From assembly GCA_031393955.1 (NCBI GenBank), contig JANMWI010000097.1, positions 15,702-79,701 on the forward strand: a DNA stretch of 64,000 nt. The letters are read 5' to 3'. Each line of letters opens with the position of its first letter. The first letter of the stretch is position 1. Below, one piece after another: positions 44,593-58,685 of the stretch. The translations under genes were made by a program, and so were the position numbers. The DNA is from Acidobacteriota bacterium (GTDB lineage: Bacteria > Acidobacteriota > Vicinamibacteria > Vicinamibacterales > 2-12-FULL-66-21). The notes below the pieces were generated by a model. The model saw only the letters and a list, made by a program, of their open reading frames with translations. It searched no databases and was not told the DNA's origin.

Positions 44593-46560
44593 TTACAGCA
44601 CCCGGATCCGGACCAGGACGGAGTTGTTGAACGAACCAATCACGCTGCTCCTGGCGAAGACGACCAGGTTGTAGTCTCCCCGCGGCAGGGCGCCGTTGAC
44701 GTTCAGGTCGAAGCCGCTGCTCGAATACCTGGCCGAGCCGAACGCGGCGCCGACGTCCGGACGATAGACCCCGATAGTCGCCGAACCAACCCAGAGCGGA
44801 TCGCCGCCTGCCACCGGGTACGCCCACACGTCTACAGCGTCCACCCCGGTCCCAGCGGAGGAAGCGGCGTCCAGCGCCCAGCCGGCTACGCGAAAGTTCT
44901 GCGAAATCGCCTGGCCGGGGCCTGGCAGGTCGACCGCCATCTGCGGCAGCGACTGCGGCGCCAGCACCGTGATTCGCACCGACTGCGAGTTATTGAATGA
45001 GTAGGTGACGGTGCTGTGGGCATAGACAATCAGATCGTAGGTGCCGCCCGGCAGCGTACCGGCGAGCGAGTAGCCGCTGACCCCGAACCGGCTGCTGCCG
45101 AACGCCGCCCCGACGTCGGGACGCGATACCCCCAGCGCCGCCACGCCGACGAAGGTCGGGGCCGCGCCCGTCGTCGGATACGCCCACACCTGCACCGAAT
45201 CGATGCCGGTGCCCGACGGCGAGCCGAGATCGAGTGCCCAGCCCGCGACTGAAAAGGTGTTCGCGACGGTCGAACCGGTCCGCGGCACGTCGATCGACAT
45301 CCGCGGCGCCGAGACCGGGGCGGTCGGCGGCGGCGCTGTCGTGCCGCCCCCGGCGGCACCACCGCCCGCACCCGCGCCGCCGCTGCCGGCGAACTGCGCC
45401 GCCGTTGACGCAAATCCGCTCGAGGTCACGGCCAGCCATTTCTTCTCGCTCTTGCTGGCGGCCATGCGCGGGTTGAAATTCCCGTCGCCGTTCTTGACGG
45501 CGCGGAAGTCGGGCGTGTTGGTCAGCACGAAGCCGTTGTCCATCGGATCGCCGGTGCTTCGCAGGCTGACCGCGGCATCTTCCCAGTTGCGGCCGTGGGT
45601 GACGAGGAGGAATTCGCCGGAGGGCTCGTTGTAATCGACATCGAGCGCGTCGTAGGCCACGTAGTAGGAAGAAATGACCTTCACGCCGCCGACCGGCGAG
45701 GCGTCGGGCCCGTTGAGCACCTGTCCGTAGAAGGCCACACCCCCGCTGGACTGATGCCACCAGACCAGCAGGTATTGCGCGGTGGCGGTGTTGTAGCTGA
45801 TCGACGGAATGCGTGACGCGATGTTGGTCGCGAACTGCTGGATGCCGCCGACGAACGCGCCGGTACCGGCCTGGATGCGCCGGCCCGAGACGTAGCCGTA
45901 ATTGCTCCGGCTGTACGAAGCGTAAGCAACGTAGTACTGGTCGGTGTCGGGGTTGTAGGCGATCGCCGGCTCGCGGTCCCAGTCGGCTGAACCGCTTGAG
46001 ATCAGAATCAGGCCGCCCACCAATGTCCCTGTCGAGCTCAGCCGCTGCGCGTGGATGTCGTCGGTCACGCCGAAATTTCCAACCCACGCGACGATGAATT
46101 CCCGGCTCGCCGTCGAATAGCCGATCGCCACGCCTGCCAGCCACGAACTGCCGCCGCCGCTGATCGCGATGTCGCCCCCCTGCGGGACGCCGTCGGTGCT
46201 GACAATCCGGCCCCGGACGTAGGCCAGATTGCCAATCGTCTCGTGCCAGGTCACGAGGTAACCGTCGCCGCCATACTCGACTCGCGGATTCTGCACGTAG
46301 CCGGCCGTGGCATTGATGCGAAACGCCCCGACCGTGCCTCCGGTCGAGTTCAGCAGGTGCCCCTCGATGAACCCGTTACCTGAGACCTGCAGCCACCGGT
46401 TGTTCACGGGGTCGTGCGCGACGTCAGGCAGGAGAGCCGGGTTGGTCGTGCCGCCGAGATTGAACGTCGGGCCCAGCCGGCTCGCCTGGGCGGCCGCCGG
46501 TGCGGGGGCAAGAAGGGCACAGGCGCACGCCACCCCGAGCACAAAGAGCTTCGTCTTCAT
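44593..46560 (-). CDS. Secreted beta-propeller-like repeat protein with two C-terminal GWA Ig-like modules (paralog family member 2)
   Basis: Signal peptide MKTKLFVLGVACACALLAPAPAAAQA. Repeated blades with (Y/F)x(V/L)(V/A)W signatures (YLVTWHE, FIVAWVG, YYVAYAS, YLLVWWH). Gly/Ala linker. Two ~117-aa modules (FSVAGWALDLG..GTGIDSVQVWAYP and FRVAGWALDAA..GTGVDAVDVWAYP). Confidence 0.75.
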   Translation of the reverse strand: MKTKLFVLGVACACALLAPAPAAAQASRLGPTFNLGGTTNPALLPDVAHDPVNNRWLQVSGNGFIEGHLLNSTGGTVGAFRINATAGYVQNPRVEYGGDGYLVTWHETIGNLAYVRGRIVSTDGVPQGGDIAISGGGSSWLAGVAIGYSTASREFIVAWVGNFGVTDDIHAQRLSSTGTLVGGLILISSGSADWDREPAIAYNPDTDQYYVAYASYSRSNYGYVSGRRIQAGTGAFVGGIQQFATNIASRIPSISYNTATAQYLLVWWHQSSGGVAFYGQVLNGPDASPVGGVKVISSYYVAYDALDVDYNEPSGEFLLVTHGRNWEDAAVSLRSTGDPMDNGFVLTNTPDFRAVKNGDGNFNPRMAASKSEKKWLAVTSSGFASTAAQFAGSGGAGAGGGAAGGGTTAPPPTAPVSAPRMSIDVPRTGSTVANTFSVAGWALDLGSPSGTGIDSVQVWAYPTTGAAPTFVGVAALGVSRPDVGAAFGSSRFGVSGYSLAGTLPGGTYDLIVYAHSTVTYSFNNSQSVRITVLAPQSLPQMAVDLPGPGQAISQNFRVAGWALDAASSAGTGVDAVDVWAYPVAGGDPLWVGSATIGVYRPDVGAAFGSARYSSSGFDLNVNGALPRGDYNLVVFARSSVIGSFNNSVLVRIRVL

Positions 46561-46641
46561 ATTTTGTATATCGACACGAGGGGAGCGGACATTAGAGTAC
46601 GGCCTGCGCGACTGGCAGACAAGCGAATTTTTGACGACTGA

Positions 46642-47820
46642 CTATACCCCGCCAGCGAGCGTCAGTAAAGCCCCCGCCGCCAGAATCCGTACCCGCGGGT
46701 CGGGATCGCGCAGCAGCCGGCGCAGAGTCGGGACGTCATTCCCGAGGATTTCCCTCGGAAATGTCTCGACCGCGCGCACCGCCGCCAGCCGCAGCGCCGG
46801 ATTCGGATCCGCCAGGGCCGCATTCAGCACCGCCAGCCCCGCCGCGGGGTCCGCGGCGTGCGCGACCAGCAGCCGGGCCGCACTGAGCCGGGCGAGGGGA
46901 TCAACGTCGTTCAGCACCCCGGTCGCGGTCCCGACCCATGCGCCCGCCGGATTTCCCGGCGCGGCGACCTCCGCCGCCATCAGCCGGATGTCGGCAACCG
47001 GGCTGTTCTCCATCTCGCGGACGAGGTCGGCGCCGCTCGCGTCCCCGAGCCGGGCCAGCGCCGCCGCCGCCGTCATGCGCACCGGCGGATCGGGATCCTG
47101 CAGCGCGCGCCTGAGCTGGGGGATCGCGTCGGTCGCCCCGATCTTCGCCAGCGCCCGCGCCGCCGCCATCTTCGTCGGCATCGCCCGCGCCGGATCGAGC
47201 GCGGCCGCAAACGTTGCCGCCGCTCCCGGGGCATTGACCGCGGCCAGCGTGTCGATCGCCCCGCTCATGTCGGCGCGCGGATTCGGCGCGGCGACGCGCC
47301 GCGACAGCCGCGCGATCGCCTCGGGATTATTGGCGCGGGCGAGCGCCTCGTCTGCGATCCCGGGACGCTCGGCCGCGATGCTGCCGAGCCGTGCCGCGGC
47401 CGTCGCATCCCCCGCCTCGGCCAGTGCCTGCAGCGCATCGACCCGCACCCCGACATCGGCGGCCCTCGTCAGCGCCTCGACCACGCCGACGGCAATCGGC
47501 TGCAGCAGGAAGACATCCTCATGCGGCGCCCCCTTCACCCACTGCTCGTAGTCATCGAGCGCCGTGTCGGGATGCCCGGCCTGCACGCGGGCGGCAATCT
47601 TCAGGGACAACGCCTCGTGGCGCCGCGGTCCGGCCTGCAGCAGCCGATCGGCGACCGCTTCCGCCGCCTCCGTGTGTCCGGCGGCCAGCGCCCCCCATCC
47701 GGCCGACAGTTCCTGCGCCGCGGCGGCTGCCGGCGCTACCGTCGCGGGGCGCGCCCGCTGCGCGCCCGCCGGTGCCGTCAACGCCGCCAGCAGCACGATC
47801 GTCAGCCCCGCGGATTTCAT
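46642..47820 (-). CDS. Secreted HEAT-repeat protein
   Basis: I prefer ATG 47820 (MKSAGLTIVLLAALTAPAGAQ), preceded by GGAGGA. The longest ORF starts at 47838. HEAT-like repeats: LQDPDPPVRMTAAAALARLGD, LADPNPALRLAAVRAVE, LRDPDPRVRILAAGALLTL. Confidence 0.75.
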   Translation of the reverse strand: MKSAGLTIVLLAALTAPAGAQRARPATVAPAAAAAQELSAGWGALAAGHTEAAEAVADRLLQAGPRRHEALSLKIAARVQAGHPDTALDDYEQWVKGAPHEDVFLLQPIAVGVVEALTRAADVGVRVDALQALAEAGDATAAARLGSIAAERPGIADEALARANNPEAIARLSRRVAAPNPRADMSGAIDTLAAVNAPGAAATFAAALDPARAMPTKMAAARALAKIGATDAIPQLRRALQDPDPPVRMTAAAALARLGDASGADLVREMENSPVADIRLMAAEVAAPGNPAGAWVGTATGVLNDVDPLARLSAARLLVAHAADPAAGLAVLNAALADPNPALRLAAVRAVETFPREILGNDVPTLRRLLRDPDPRVRILAAGALLTLAGGV

Positions 47821-47863
47821 GCGCAACGCTTCCTCCATTCGTATTCAGTATCATGAACACCCT

Positions 47864-50275
47864 GTGACACCAGAACACCTCCCGGCCCGCGGCACGTACA
47901 TCGGCCTCTTCATGGTCGCGCTCGCCACCCTGATGTACGAGATCCTCCTCACCCGCATCTTCAGCGTGACGATGCTGTATCACTTCGCGTTCGTCGCCTT
48001 GTCGGTGGCGATGTTCGGGATGACGGTCGGCGCGCTCATCGTCTACCTGTCGCCGCGCGTCTTCACCGCGGCCCGGCTGGACCGGTGGCTGGCACTCGCG
48101 GCGCTGCTGTTTCCGATCGCCATGGTGTTCAGCTTCCTCACCCAGCTGAGCGTGCCGTTCCGGGTCCATCCCTCGATCGTCGCGCTCTACGCCATCGGCT
48201 TCACCTACGCGGTGATCGCCATCCCCTTCGTCGTCAGCGGCATCGTCGTCTGCCTGTCGCTGACCGGGTTTCCGGCGCGGGTCAGCCGGCTCTACGCCGC
48301 CGACCTGGCCGGGGCCGCTGTCGGATGCGTGCTGCTCATCCCTGTATTGGACTACTCGGACGGCCCGACGGCCGTGCTCTGGGTGTGCGTTCTCGCCAGC
48401 CTCGGTGCGATTGCATTCGCCGGGCCCGCCGGCGGCGGGCTGCGGCGTGCCGCGGTGGCGGTCTCGGTCGTGCTTGCGGTGGCGGCGGGGGTGAACACGG
48501 CGCTGGTCTGGAAGCACTTCCCGGTGTTCCGCATTCTCTATATCAAGGGCAGCTTCGAGGCGCGGCCGCTCTACGAGAAATGGAACTCCTACTCGCGCGT
48601 CCGGGTCAATGGCAACCGCGAGACCCTGGTCGAGCCCCAGGGCTGGGGGCTCAGCCGCGCGCTGCCGCCGGACATCCGCGTTCGCCAACTCCAGATGGAC
48701 ATCGACGTCGTCGCCGGAACCGTCATGACCGGCTACGATGGCCGCGCCGCCTCCGTGCCGCACCTCGCCTACGACGTCACGAATCTCGGCTACCGCGTCC
48801 GTCCGCCGGACAAAGCATTGGTCATCGGCGCCGGCGGCGGCCGGGACGTCCTGTCGGCGCTGACCCTCGGCGCCCGTTCGGTCGTGGCGGTCGAGATCAA
48901 CAAGGACATCCTGCGCACCGTCAACGGCCGCTTCGGTGATTTCACCGGCCACCTCGACCGCGACCCGCGCGTCACGTTCGTGAACGACGAAGCGCGGAGC
49001 TACGTGGCGCGCAGCCGCGACCACTACGGCCTGATCCAGATCTCGCTGATCGATACCTGGGCCGCCACCGCCGCCGGGGCGTTCGTGCTCAGCGAGAACG
49101 CGATTTACACGACCGAGGCGTGGACTACTTTTCTCGAACACCTGACGCCGGATGGCCTGCTGAGCGTCTCGCGCTGGTACTACGGCGAGCGTCCCGACGA
49201 GATGTACCGGACGACGACGCTGGCGGTCGAGGCGCTGCGCCGGGTCGGCGTCACCAATCCCCGCTCGCACCTGCTGATCGTCCGGAACATGACAATGGCG
49301 AACCGGCCGGAGACGCCCGACGGCGTCGGCACGCTGCTGGTCAGCCGGCGGCCGTTCACCGACGCTGAGCTGGCGGCCGCCGAGCGAGCCAGCGCCGACC
49401 TCGGCTTCGAAGTGATGTTCAGCCCGCGGGTGGCGCGCGACGATGTCTTCGCGCGACTGACCGCCGCCGATGCGGACGCCTTCGTCGCGGCCTACCCGCT
49501 GCGGATCAACGCGCCGACCGACAACAGCCCGTTCTTCTTCAACATGCTGCGGCTGCGCGACATCTTCCGCCTCGATCGGCTCGAGTCCGGGAAGCAGAGC
49601 AACAACCTGAAAGCGGTAGCGACGCTCGCGGTGCTCCTCGGCGTCGTCTCGATCCTCACGGCCCTCTGTATCGTCCTGCCGCTCTGGACGTCGCGGGCCG
49701 ACCTTACCGGCAGTCACGCGCTGCTGGTGTTCTTCGGCGCGATCGGGATCGGCTTCATGCTGGTCGAAACGTCGCAGATGCAGCGGCTGATCATCACCCT
49801 CGGCCATCCGACCTACGCGCTGAGCGTCGTCCTGTTCGCGTTGCTGCTGTCGAGCGGGATCGGCAGTTACCTGACGTCCGGTGTGGCAGGGGAGACGGTC
49901 GCGACCGGCGGCGAGCGGCGGATTGTGGCGCTGGTCATCGTCCTCGTCGTGACCGGCCTCGTCACGCCGGCGGCGGTGCGGGCGACGATGGCGGCGTCGA
50001 CGCCGATCCGGATCGCCACCGCGGTGGCGCTGCTGTTTCCGGCCGGGCTGATGATGGGCATGGCCTTTCCGCTCGGCATGAAGGTGGCGTCGCGACGGTC
50101 GGCGGCGCTGACGCCGTGGCTGTGGGGCGTCAACGGCGCGGCGTCGGTACTGGCGTCGGTGCTGAGCGTCTGCATCGCGCTGGCGTGGTCGATTTCGGCG
50201 GCGTTCTACACCGGCTGCGCCGCCTACGCGGTCGCCGCGATCGCCTTTCGGCGGGCATCGCGTAGGGCGGACTGA
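47864..50275 (+). CDS. Polytopic membrane protein with central spermidine-synthase-like (class I MTase fold) domain
   Basis: N-terminal TM block (LFMVALATLMYEILLTRIFSV...). Central LVIGAGGGRDVLSAL..VVAVEIN...LIQISLIDTW resembles the SpeE fold. There is a C-terminal TM block. The start is uncertain (GTG 47864, ATG 47819 or ATG 47912), and the track ORF start 47564 is shadow sequence over the HEAT gene. Confidence 0.7.
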   Translation: MTPEHLPARGTYIGLFMVALATLMYEILLTRIFSVTMLYHFAFVALSVAMFGMTVGALIVYLSPRVFTAARLDRWLALAALLFPIAMVFSFLTQLSVPFRVHPSIVALYAIGFTYAVIAIPFVVSGIVVCLSLTGFPARVSRLYAADLAGAAVGCVLLIPVLDYSDGPTAVLWVCVLASLGAIAFAGPAGGGLRRAAVAVSVVLAVAAGVNTALVWKHFPVFRILYIKGSFEARPLYEKWNSYSRVRVNGNRETLVEPQGWGLSRALPPDIRVRQLQMDIDVVAGTVMTGYDGRAASVPHLAYDVTNLGYRVRPPDKALVIGAGGGRDVLSALTLGARSVVAVEINKDILRTVNGRFGDFTGHLDRDPRVTFVNDEARSYVARSRDHYGLIQISLIDTWAATAAGAFVLSENAIYTTEAWTTFLEHLTPDGLLSVSRWYYGERPDEMYRTTTLAVEALRRVGVTNPRSHLLIVRNMTMANRPETPDGVGTLLVSRRPFTDAELAAAERASADLGFEVMFSPRVARDDVFARLTAADADAFVAAYPLRINAPTDNSPFFFNMLRLRDIFRLDRLESGKQSNNLKAVATLAVLLGVVSILTALCIVLPLWTSRADLTGSHALLVFFGAIGIGFMLVETSQMQRLIITLGHPTYALSVVLFALLLSSGIGSYLTSGVAGETVATGGERRIVALVIVLVVTGLVTPAAVRATMAASTPIRIATAVALLFPAGLMMGMAFPLGMKVASRRSAALTPWLWGVNGAASVLASVLSVCIALAWSISAAFYTGCAAYAVAAIAFRRASRRAD

Positions 50276-50314
50276 GCCGTTGCAGAAGTGGTCGCCTCAG
50301 GGTACAAGTGCAGC

Positions 50315-51193
50315 ATGACGGCAAAGGGCATCATTCTGGCGGGCGGGTCGGGGTCGCGGCTTCATCCCGTAACGCGCGGGGTCAGCAAACAATTGATCCC
50401 GATCTATAACAAGCCGCTCGTTTACTATCCATTATCGACGCTGATGCTGGCCGGTATCCGGGAAGTGCTGGTGATTACAACTCCGCACGAGCAGGACGGA
50501 TTCAAGCGTCTGCTGGGCGACGGCCAGGACTTTGGAATTTCGATCCAGTACGCGGTCCAACCGACTCCCGACGGCCTTGCCCAGGCGTTTCTGATAGGGC
50601 GCGACTTCATCGGTTCGGACGGCGTCGCGCTGGCGCTCGGCGATAACATCTTCTACGGCGCCCATCTCAGCGACTATCTCCGCAACGCTGCGGCGCGGGA
50701 GCAGGGTGCGACGGTCTTTGGTTACCGTGTCCGCGACCCGGAACGATATGGTGTCGTCGAGTTCGATAAAGCCGGACGTGCGGTGGGGCTGGAGGAAAAA
50801 CCGGCCCGAGCGAAGTCATCCTTCGCTGTCACGGGTCTTTATTTCTACGACAACCAGGTGGTGGATATTGCGGCGGCGCTGCGCCCGTCGGCGCGAGGCG
50901 AGCTTGAGATTACCGATCTCAATCGCGTCTACCTGACGCGACAGCAGCTGTGTGTCGAGCGGCTGCCGCGCGGGGTGGCTTGGCTGGATACCGGCACTCA
51001 TGAGGCGCTCGCACAGGCGACGAATTTCGTCCAGGCAGTTGAAGAGCGGCAGGGCCAGATGATCGGCTGCCCTGAGGAGGTCGCCTACCGCCTGCGCTAT
51101 ATCACGAGCGCCGACCTCGGTCGTCTGTCGCACGCGATGAGGGGCAGCCCGTACGGACAGTATCTCGCGAGCCTGCTGGAAGACGAACTGTAA
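50315..51193 (+). CDS. rmlA: Glucose-1-phosphate thymidylyltransferase
   Basis: From ATG 50315 ([50 protein letters not shown]...). Near-canonical RmlA sequence throughout. Confidence 0.92.
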   Translation: MTAKGIILAGGSGSRLHPVTRGVSKQLIPIYNKPLVYYPLSTLMLAGIREVLVITTPHEQDGFKRLLGDGQDFGISIQYAVQPTPDGLAQAFLIGRDFIGSDGVALALGDNIFYGAHLSDYLRNAAAREQGATVFGYRVRDPERYGVVEFDKAGRAVGLEEKPARAKSSFAVTGLYFYDNQVVDIAAALRPSARGELEITDLNRVYLTRQQLCVERLPRGVAWLDTGTHEALAQATNFVQAVEERQGQMIGCPEEVAYRLRYITSADLGRLSHAMRGSPYGQYLASLLEDEL

Positions 51194-51197
51194 CGCA

Positions 51198-52761
<1,564 letters not shown>

Positions 52762-52836
52762 ACTGGAGTCCGCCGGCCGCCGCCGGATCCGCGGCGTGAC
52801 CTGCCCGGTTCCCGCAAACAGCATCTCCGTACAGAC

Positions 52837-52865
52837 GAAGGGGCCGCCCAGTGGACGGCCCCTTC
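52837..52865. terminator. Bidirectional hairpin between gmd and the FG-GAP gene
   Basis: GAAGGGGCCG-CCCAGTGGA-CGGCCCCTTC is a 10-bp perfect stem. Confidence 0.55.
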
Positions 52866-52892
52866 GCGTTGTACCCGTGTCTCCGCCGCCCG

Positions 52893-55800
52893 CTAACGGG
52901 CGGTGATTCGGACCTCGACCGGGATGCGTTCCCGCGTCTCGCCGGAGACCTTCACGAACACCAGCTCGTAGGTGCCCATGAACCCGACCCCTGGCTGCCA
53001 GAAGAACTCGCCCGCCTGGCCGTCGAGGAACGCGCCGGACGGCAGCGCTTCGAGGCGGCCGTTCGCCACTACATACCCTTCGTAGTGGTCGCCTTCGCCG
53101 CTGGCCGGCGAGCCGAGCGTCAGCTGGAACCGGGTGAGCTCGGCGACGTTCACCGTGCTCACGCCGTCGGCCGTCCGGTCGATGACGTCGAGCGGCGCGG
53201 TCTGGTCGAATCCGGTCCGCAGGTAGACCGGCGTCTCGCTGAGCGGCAGCGCGCCGACCGCCGTCGCCGGCTGGCCGGTGGCGCCGCCGGCGGCGGCCGC
53301 GACCCGGACCTCGAGTGCCTGGCCCATCGCCGACTGCGTGCTCGAGCTGCGCTCGACGGTGATGGCCGACGCCGCGGAGCCGTTCAGGACGGTGAAGTAA
53401 CGGCTGCCGATGCCCTCGGCATTGGCGGCGTTGTCGGTGACGCCCCACGCGATCGTGTGGACGCCGTTCGACAGCGTCGTCGTGTTGATGGTGTAGAAGC
53501 CGACCGCGCCGTTGCTGTTGTTGCGGCCGGGGAACAGCGTCGCGATGTCGCTGCGGTACTGGTTGTAGGTCGGATGGCCGACCGGCACGCCGTCGATGTA
53601 GACCATGATCGTCGAGCCGTCGAACGGCACGGTGTTCGGCTGCGGCGTCAGCACCCAGCCGAAGTTCACATAGGCCGTGCCCGAGACCGTGCCGCCCTGG
53701 GTCGGCGTGTCGATCGCCCCGAACGGCTTGGTCGCGTGGGCGTTGTCGACGGTGATCGTCCGTGCGCCGAGCAGCACGCGGTGCCCTTCAACATCGTCCG
53801 CATACGCGAAGATCTTGAAGGTGCCGTTGCCCTGGTTCGGCAGCATGTTGGTCAGCATCAGGTAGCCCCAGCCGGCCTGGTAGTCGAACGGCTGCGAATA
53901 GGCGGCGTCGACGTCCGGCCGCGCGCCGTCGACCTGGACGGCGTTGCCGATGAAGACCTTGCCGTTTGACGACGCGGTTTCACCCGGCATCGGATCGCGC
54001 CAGATGGTGACCTGCGAGACGGCGATGTCGTCGAGCGCCCAGCCGGTGACGCCGATCGAGCCGACGATGCCGGTGGCGTTGTCGGCCGGCGTATCGACCG
54101 CGCCGAACGGATCGAGCGTCGTGGCGTAGGCGCGCAACTGCAGCGGAATCGTGATTGGCGAGTTCGCCACGCCCGGCGCGGTGACGGTGAGCGTGTTCGA
54201 GAAGAACGTGCCCGCCGGGTAGGTCCCGGGCTTGACCGAGACCGTGAAGGTGCCGGGACCGGAACCGGAGGGGGTCGTGATATCGACCCAGGTCGCGGTC
54301 GTGCTGACCGACCAGGAGCCGCACCCGGCCGTGAAGGTCACGGTCGCGGACTGCGCGCCGGACTTCAGCGCGCCGTTGTTGGTCGCGCCGAAGAACAGGC
54401 CGGTCCGGTTGAGTGCCACGTTGGTGCTGGGACCGGGCACCGAGCCGGCGCTGCACGTGCCGCCACCGTTAGGATTGGGCGGCGGTGTGGGGTTCGGGTC
54501 GGTCGGCGTCGGGCCGGGTGCGGGACTCGTGCTCGCTACCGTGACGTCGAACGACTTTGAGGTTGCGAAGGTGCCGGTGACGGTGCTCTTCGCGAACACC
54601 GAAATCTGGTAGCTGGCGCCGGGTGTCAGGTTGCCGACCGTCATCGAAAACCCGGAGTTCGTGAACCGCGAGCCGTAGCTCGCGCCAACGTCGGAGCGGG
54701 CGCTGCCGTAGGCGGCGGTGCCGAGGAAGATCGGCGAGCCGGTCGCCGGGTAGGCGTAGGCCTGGACCTGGCTGACGCCGGTACCGGTTGGCGCCGCGGT
54801 GTCGATCGCCCAGCCGGCGATGGTGAAGCCGTTGTTAACGGTCGCACCGGCGGCCGGCGTGTCGACCGCGACGGTCGCGCCCGTCACCGTCAGCGTGACC
54901 GTGATCGGCAGCGTCATCGTCAGATCCGCGGTCGTCGACGTGACGTTGAGCGTCGCGGTGTGCACACCGGGCGTCAGCCCGGCGCCTGACGCCACCACGT
55001 AGAAGCTGTTCGAGTGCGTCGCGTCGACCGTGCCGGCCGACGGGCTCGCCGACACCCAGCGTTCGTCCGCCGGCGCGCTGGACGGATACGCGGCGCTCCA
55101 CCCAATCGAGACGATGCTCGGGTTGGTGACGTTGATCGGCGCCGAGGACGATGCGGTGCTGCCCTGGTTGACGGTCATCGACACGCTCGACGACGAGATG
55201 CGCAGCTTCGGCGAGATCGTGAAGTAGAGCTTGCCGGTGTTGCTGTCGAAGGCCGGCACGCCGACGATGATGTCGCGGGCGCCCTCACCGGTGACCTCGA
55301 AGACCTGGACGGCGCGGATGCCGCCGGTGGCGGGGTCGCCGAAGATCCGGCGGTTGGCCTGACCGGTGACCGCGAAGTCGACGACGCGCTGGCCGCCCGA
55401 CAAGGTGCCGATCGTGCTGCGGCTGCGGCCGTAGTAAATCTCGAGGACGCCCGCGCCGCTGGCCGCCTCTGACTCGTTGATGACGAGGTCGTTCGGCGTG
55501 TCGCGGTTGATGTCACCAGTGGCCATGCGCGCGCCGGCACGGTAGCCGGCGGAAGAGCCGTAGAAGACGACGTTAGCGGAGGAAAGCGGAATCGCTCCGG
55601 CAGTCGTGATCGGTCCGAGGAACAGGAAGACCTCGCCGGCAGCGGACCGCCCGGCCGGGTTCGCGCCGGGGGCACCAATCGCCAGGTCACTCTTGCCGTC
55701 GTCGTCGATATCCAGGATTCGGATGGAGGTGCCCGCCTGGTCCCCGGCGCTGACGCCGCTGAACGAAGTGGTCGCCGCTGGCGGCATCTTGCCGCTGACG

Positions 55801-56618
55801 CCCGGGAACAGGAAGACGACGTTGTTCGAAGGGGACCCGATCAGCAGGTCGTAGATGCCGTCGCCGGTAACGTCGCCGGCGATCAGCGCCCCCGGCAGGC
55901 CGATGCCGCCAGCCTGGATGTAGCAGTTGACGTCGGCATTCGCCGAACAGGCGGGGAGCGAGGTGGTGCTCAGGTCAAGCGTGCCGCTGAGCGAGGGGCC
56001 GCCCTTGATGACATACACCTTGTTGCTGCCCGGAGCTCCGATGATCAGCTCGCGGTAGGTATCGTTATCGAGGTCACCGGTCGCGAGCGCTGATCCGAGC
56101 TGGTCGCCCGCCGCCCCAAGGACGGTAAAGGCCGCCGACGTGTGCGCGACGGTGGCGCCGTTGGCGAAGCCGGCATTGAAGAGGTAGACAGCGCCGCGGT
56201 TGGAGAGCGCGCCGGGGGCGCCGACCGCGAGATTCCGCGGCGTCGTGCCCTCGACGTTGCGGATGTTGCCCGCCGCTGTCGTGGCCCCGAAGCGGTTGCC
56301 GGCTTCCGTGCTCGAAATAATGGCGTCGGCGTTCGCCAGACTGAGGTCGCCGCTGCGGTCGGGACCTCCGAAGATGACATACACTGTGCCGGCGGTCCCG
56401 CTGGTGCCGGGCGCCCCGACGACGAGATCGCGGCGGGTGTCATTGCTGACGGCGCCGATGTCCATCCAGACGCCCGCCTGCTGTCCGGTCGCCGTCCCGT
56501 GCCAGGTGAGGTCGGCACCGCCGGATGCGAGATAAATGTCCTGGGCACTGCCCAATGTAGGTATTGCCAGTAACACGGCCATCGCCAGTGTTGAGGGCTT
56601 GAGGAAATTCTTTACCAT
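52893..56618 (-). CDS. Giant secreted FG-GAP/VCBS-repeat protein with Ig-like modules (paralog family member 3)
   Basis: I prefer ATG 56618 (MVKNFLKPSTLAMAVLLAIPTLGSAQD); ATG 56639 is the alternative. Repeated G.D..GDGY.DL..GAPG FG-GAP units. Then one GWA module (FTIAGWAIDTAAPTGTGVSQVQAYAYP), two FGA(V/I)DTP modules, and a tail homologous to 42501..44336. Confidence 0.8.
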   Translation of the reverse strand: MVKNFLKPSTLAMAVLLAIPTLGSAQDIYLASGGADLTWHGTATGQQAGVWMDIGAVSNDTRRDLVVGAPGTSGTAGTVYVIFGGPDRSGDLSLANADAIISSTEAGNRFGATTAAGNIRNVEGTTPRNLAVGAPGALSNRGAVYLFNAGFANGATVAHTSAAFTVLGAAGDQLGSALATGDLDNDTYRELIIGAPGSNKVYVIKGGPSLSGTLDLSTTSLPACSANADVNCYIQAGGIGLPGALIAGDVTGDGIYDLLIGSPSNNVVFLFPGVSGKMPPAATTSFSGVSAGDQAGTSIRILDIDDDGKSDLAIGAPGANPAGRSAAGEVFLFLGPITTAGAIPLSSANVVFYGSSAGYRAGARMATGDINRDTPNDLVINESEAASGAGVLEIYYGRSRSTIGTLSGGQRVVDFAVTGQANRRIFGDPATGGIRAVQVFEVTGEGARDIIVGVPAFDSNTGKLYFTISPKLRISSSSVSMTVNQGSTASSSAPINVTNPSIVSIGWSAAYPSSAPADERWVSASPSAGTVDATHSNSFYVVASGAGLTPGVHTATLNVTSTTADLTMTLPITVTLTVTGATVAVDTPAAGATVNNGFTIAGWAIDTAAPTGTGVSQVQAYAYPATGSPIFLGTAAYGSARSDVGASYGSRFTNSGFSMTVGNLTPGASYQISVFAKSTVTGTFATSKSFDVTVASTSPAPGPTPTDPNPTPPPNPNGGGTCSAGSVPGPSTNVALNRTGLFFGATNNGALKSGAQSATVTFTAGCGSWSVSTTATWVDITTPSGSGPGTFTVSVKPGTYPAGTFFSNTLTVTAPGVANSPITIPLQLRAYATTLDPFGAVDTPADNATGIVGSIGVTGWALDDIAVSQVTIWRDPMPGETASSNGKVFIGNAVQVDGARPDVDAAYSQPFDYQAGWGYLMLTNMLPNQGNGTFKIFAYADDVEGHRVLLGARTITVDNAHATKPFGAIDTPTQGGTVSGTAYVNFGWVLTPQPNTVPFDGSTIMVYIDGVPVGHPTYNQYRSDIATLFPGRNNSNGAVGFYTINTTTLSNGVHTIAWGVTDNAANAEGIGSRYFTVLNGSAASAITVERSSSTQSAMGQALEVRVAAAAGGATGQPATAVGALPLSETPVYLRTGFDQTAPLDVIDRTADGVSTVNVAELTRFQLTLGSPASGEGDHYEGYVVANGRLEALPSGAFLDGQAGEFFWQPGVGFMGTYELVFVKVSGETRERIPVEVRITAR

Positions 56619-56794
56619 TTTTTGCCGAGCCTCCTGCATGACCCAGCTCCTCAGGCAAGGGTTGTGCCTGAGGTGGTGCCAGCTGGTCAGTGAGGCTGCA
56701 AGTTGACTTGCCCGCCGCCGGCGTCGAGAATCGGCAATCGAGGCGCCCGCCCGCGGTCGCTTCCGTCGCATTCCCAGGAATTCAGGAAGGCTTG

Positions 56795-58669
<1,875 letters not shown>

Positions 58670-58685
58670 CCGCTGCCGCTGGAGT

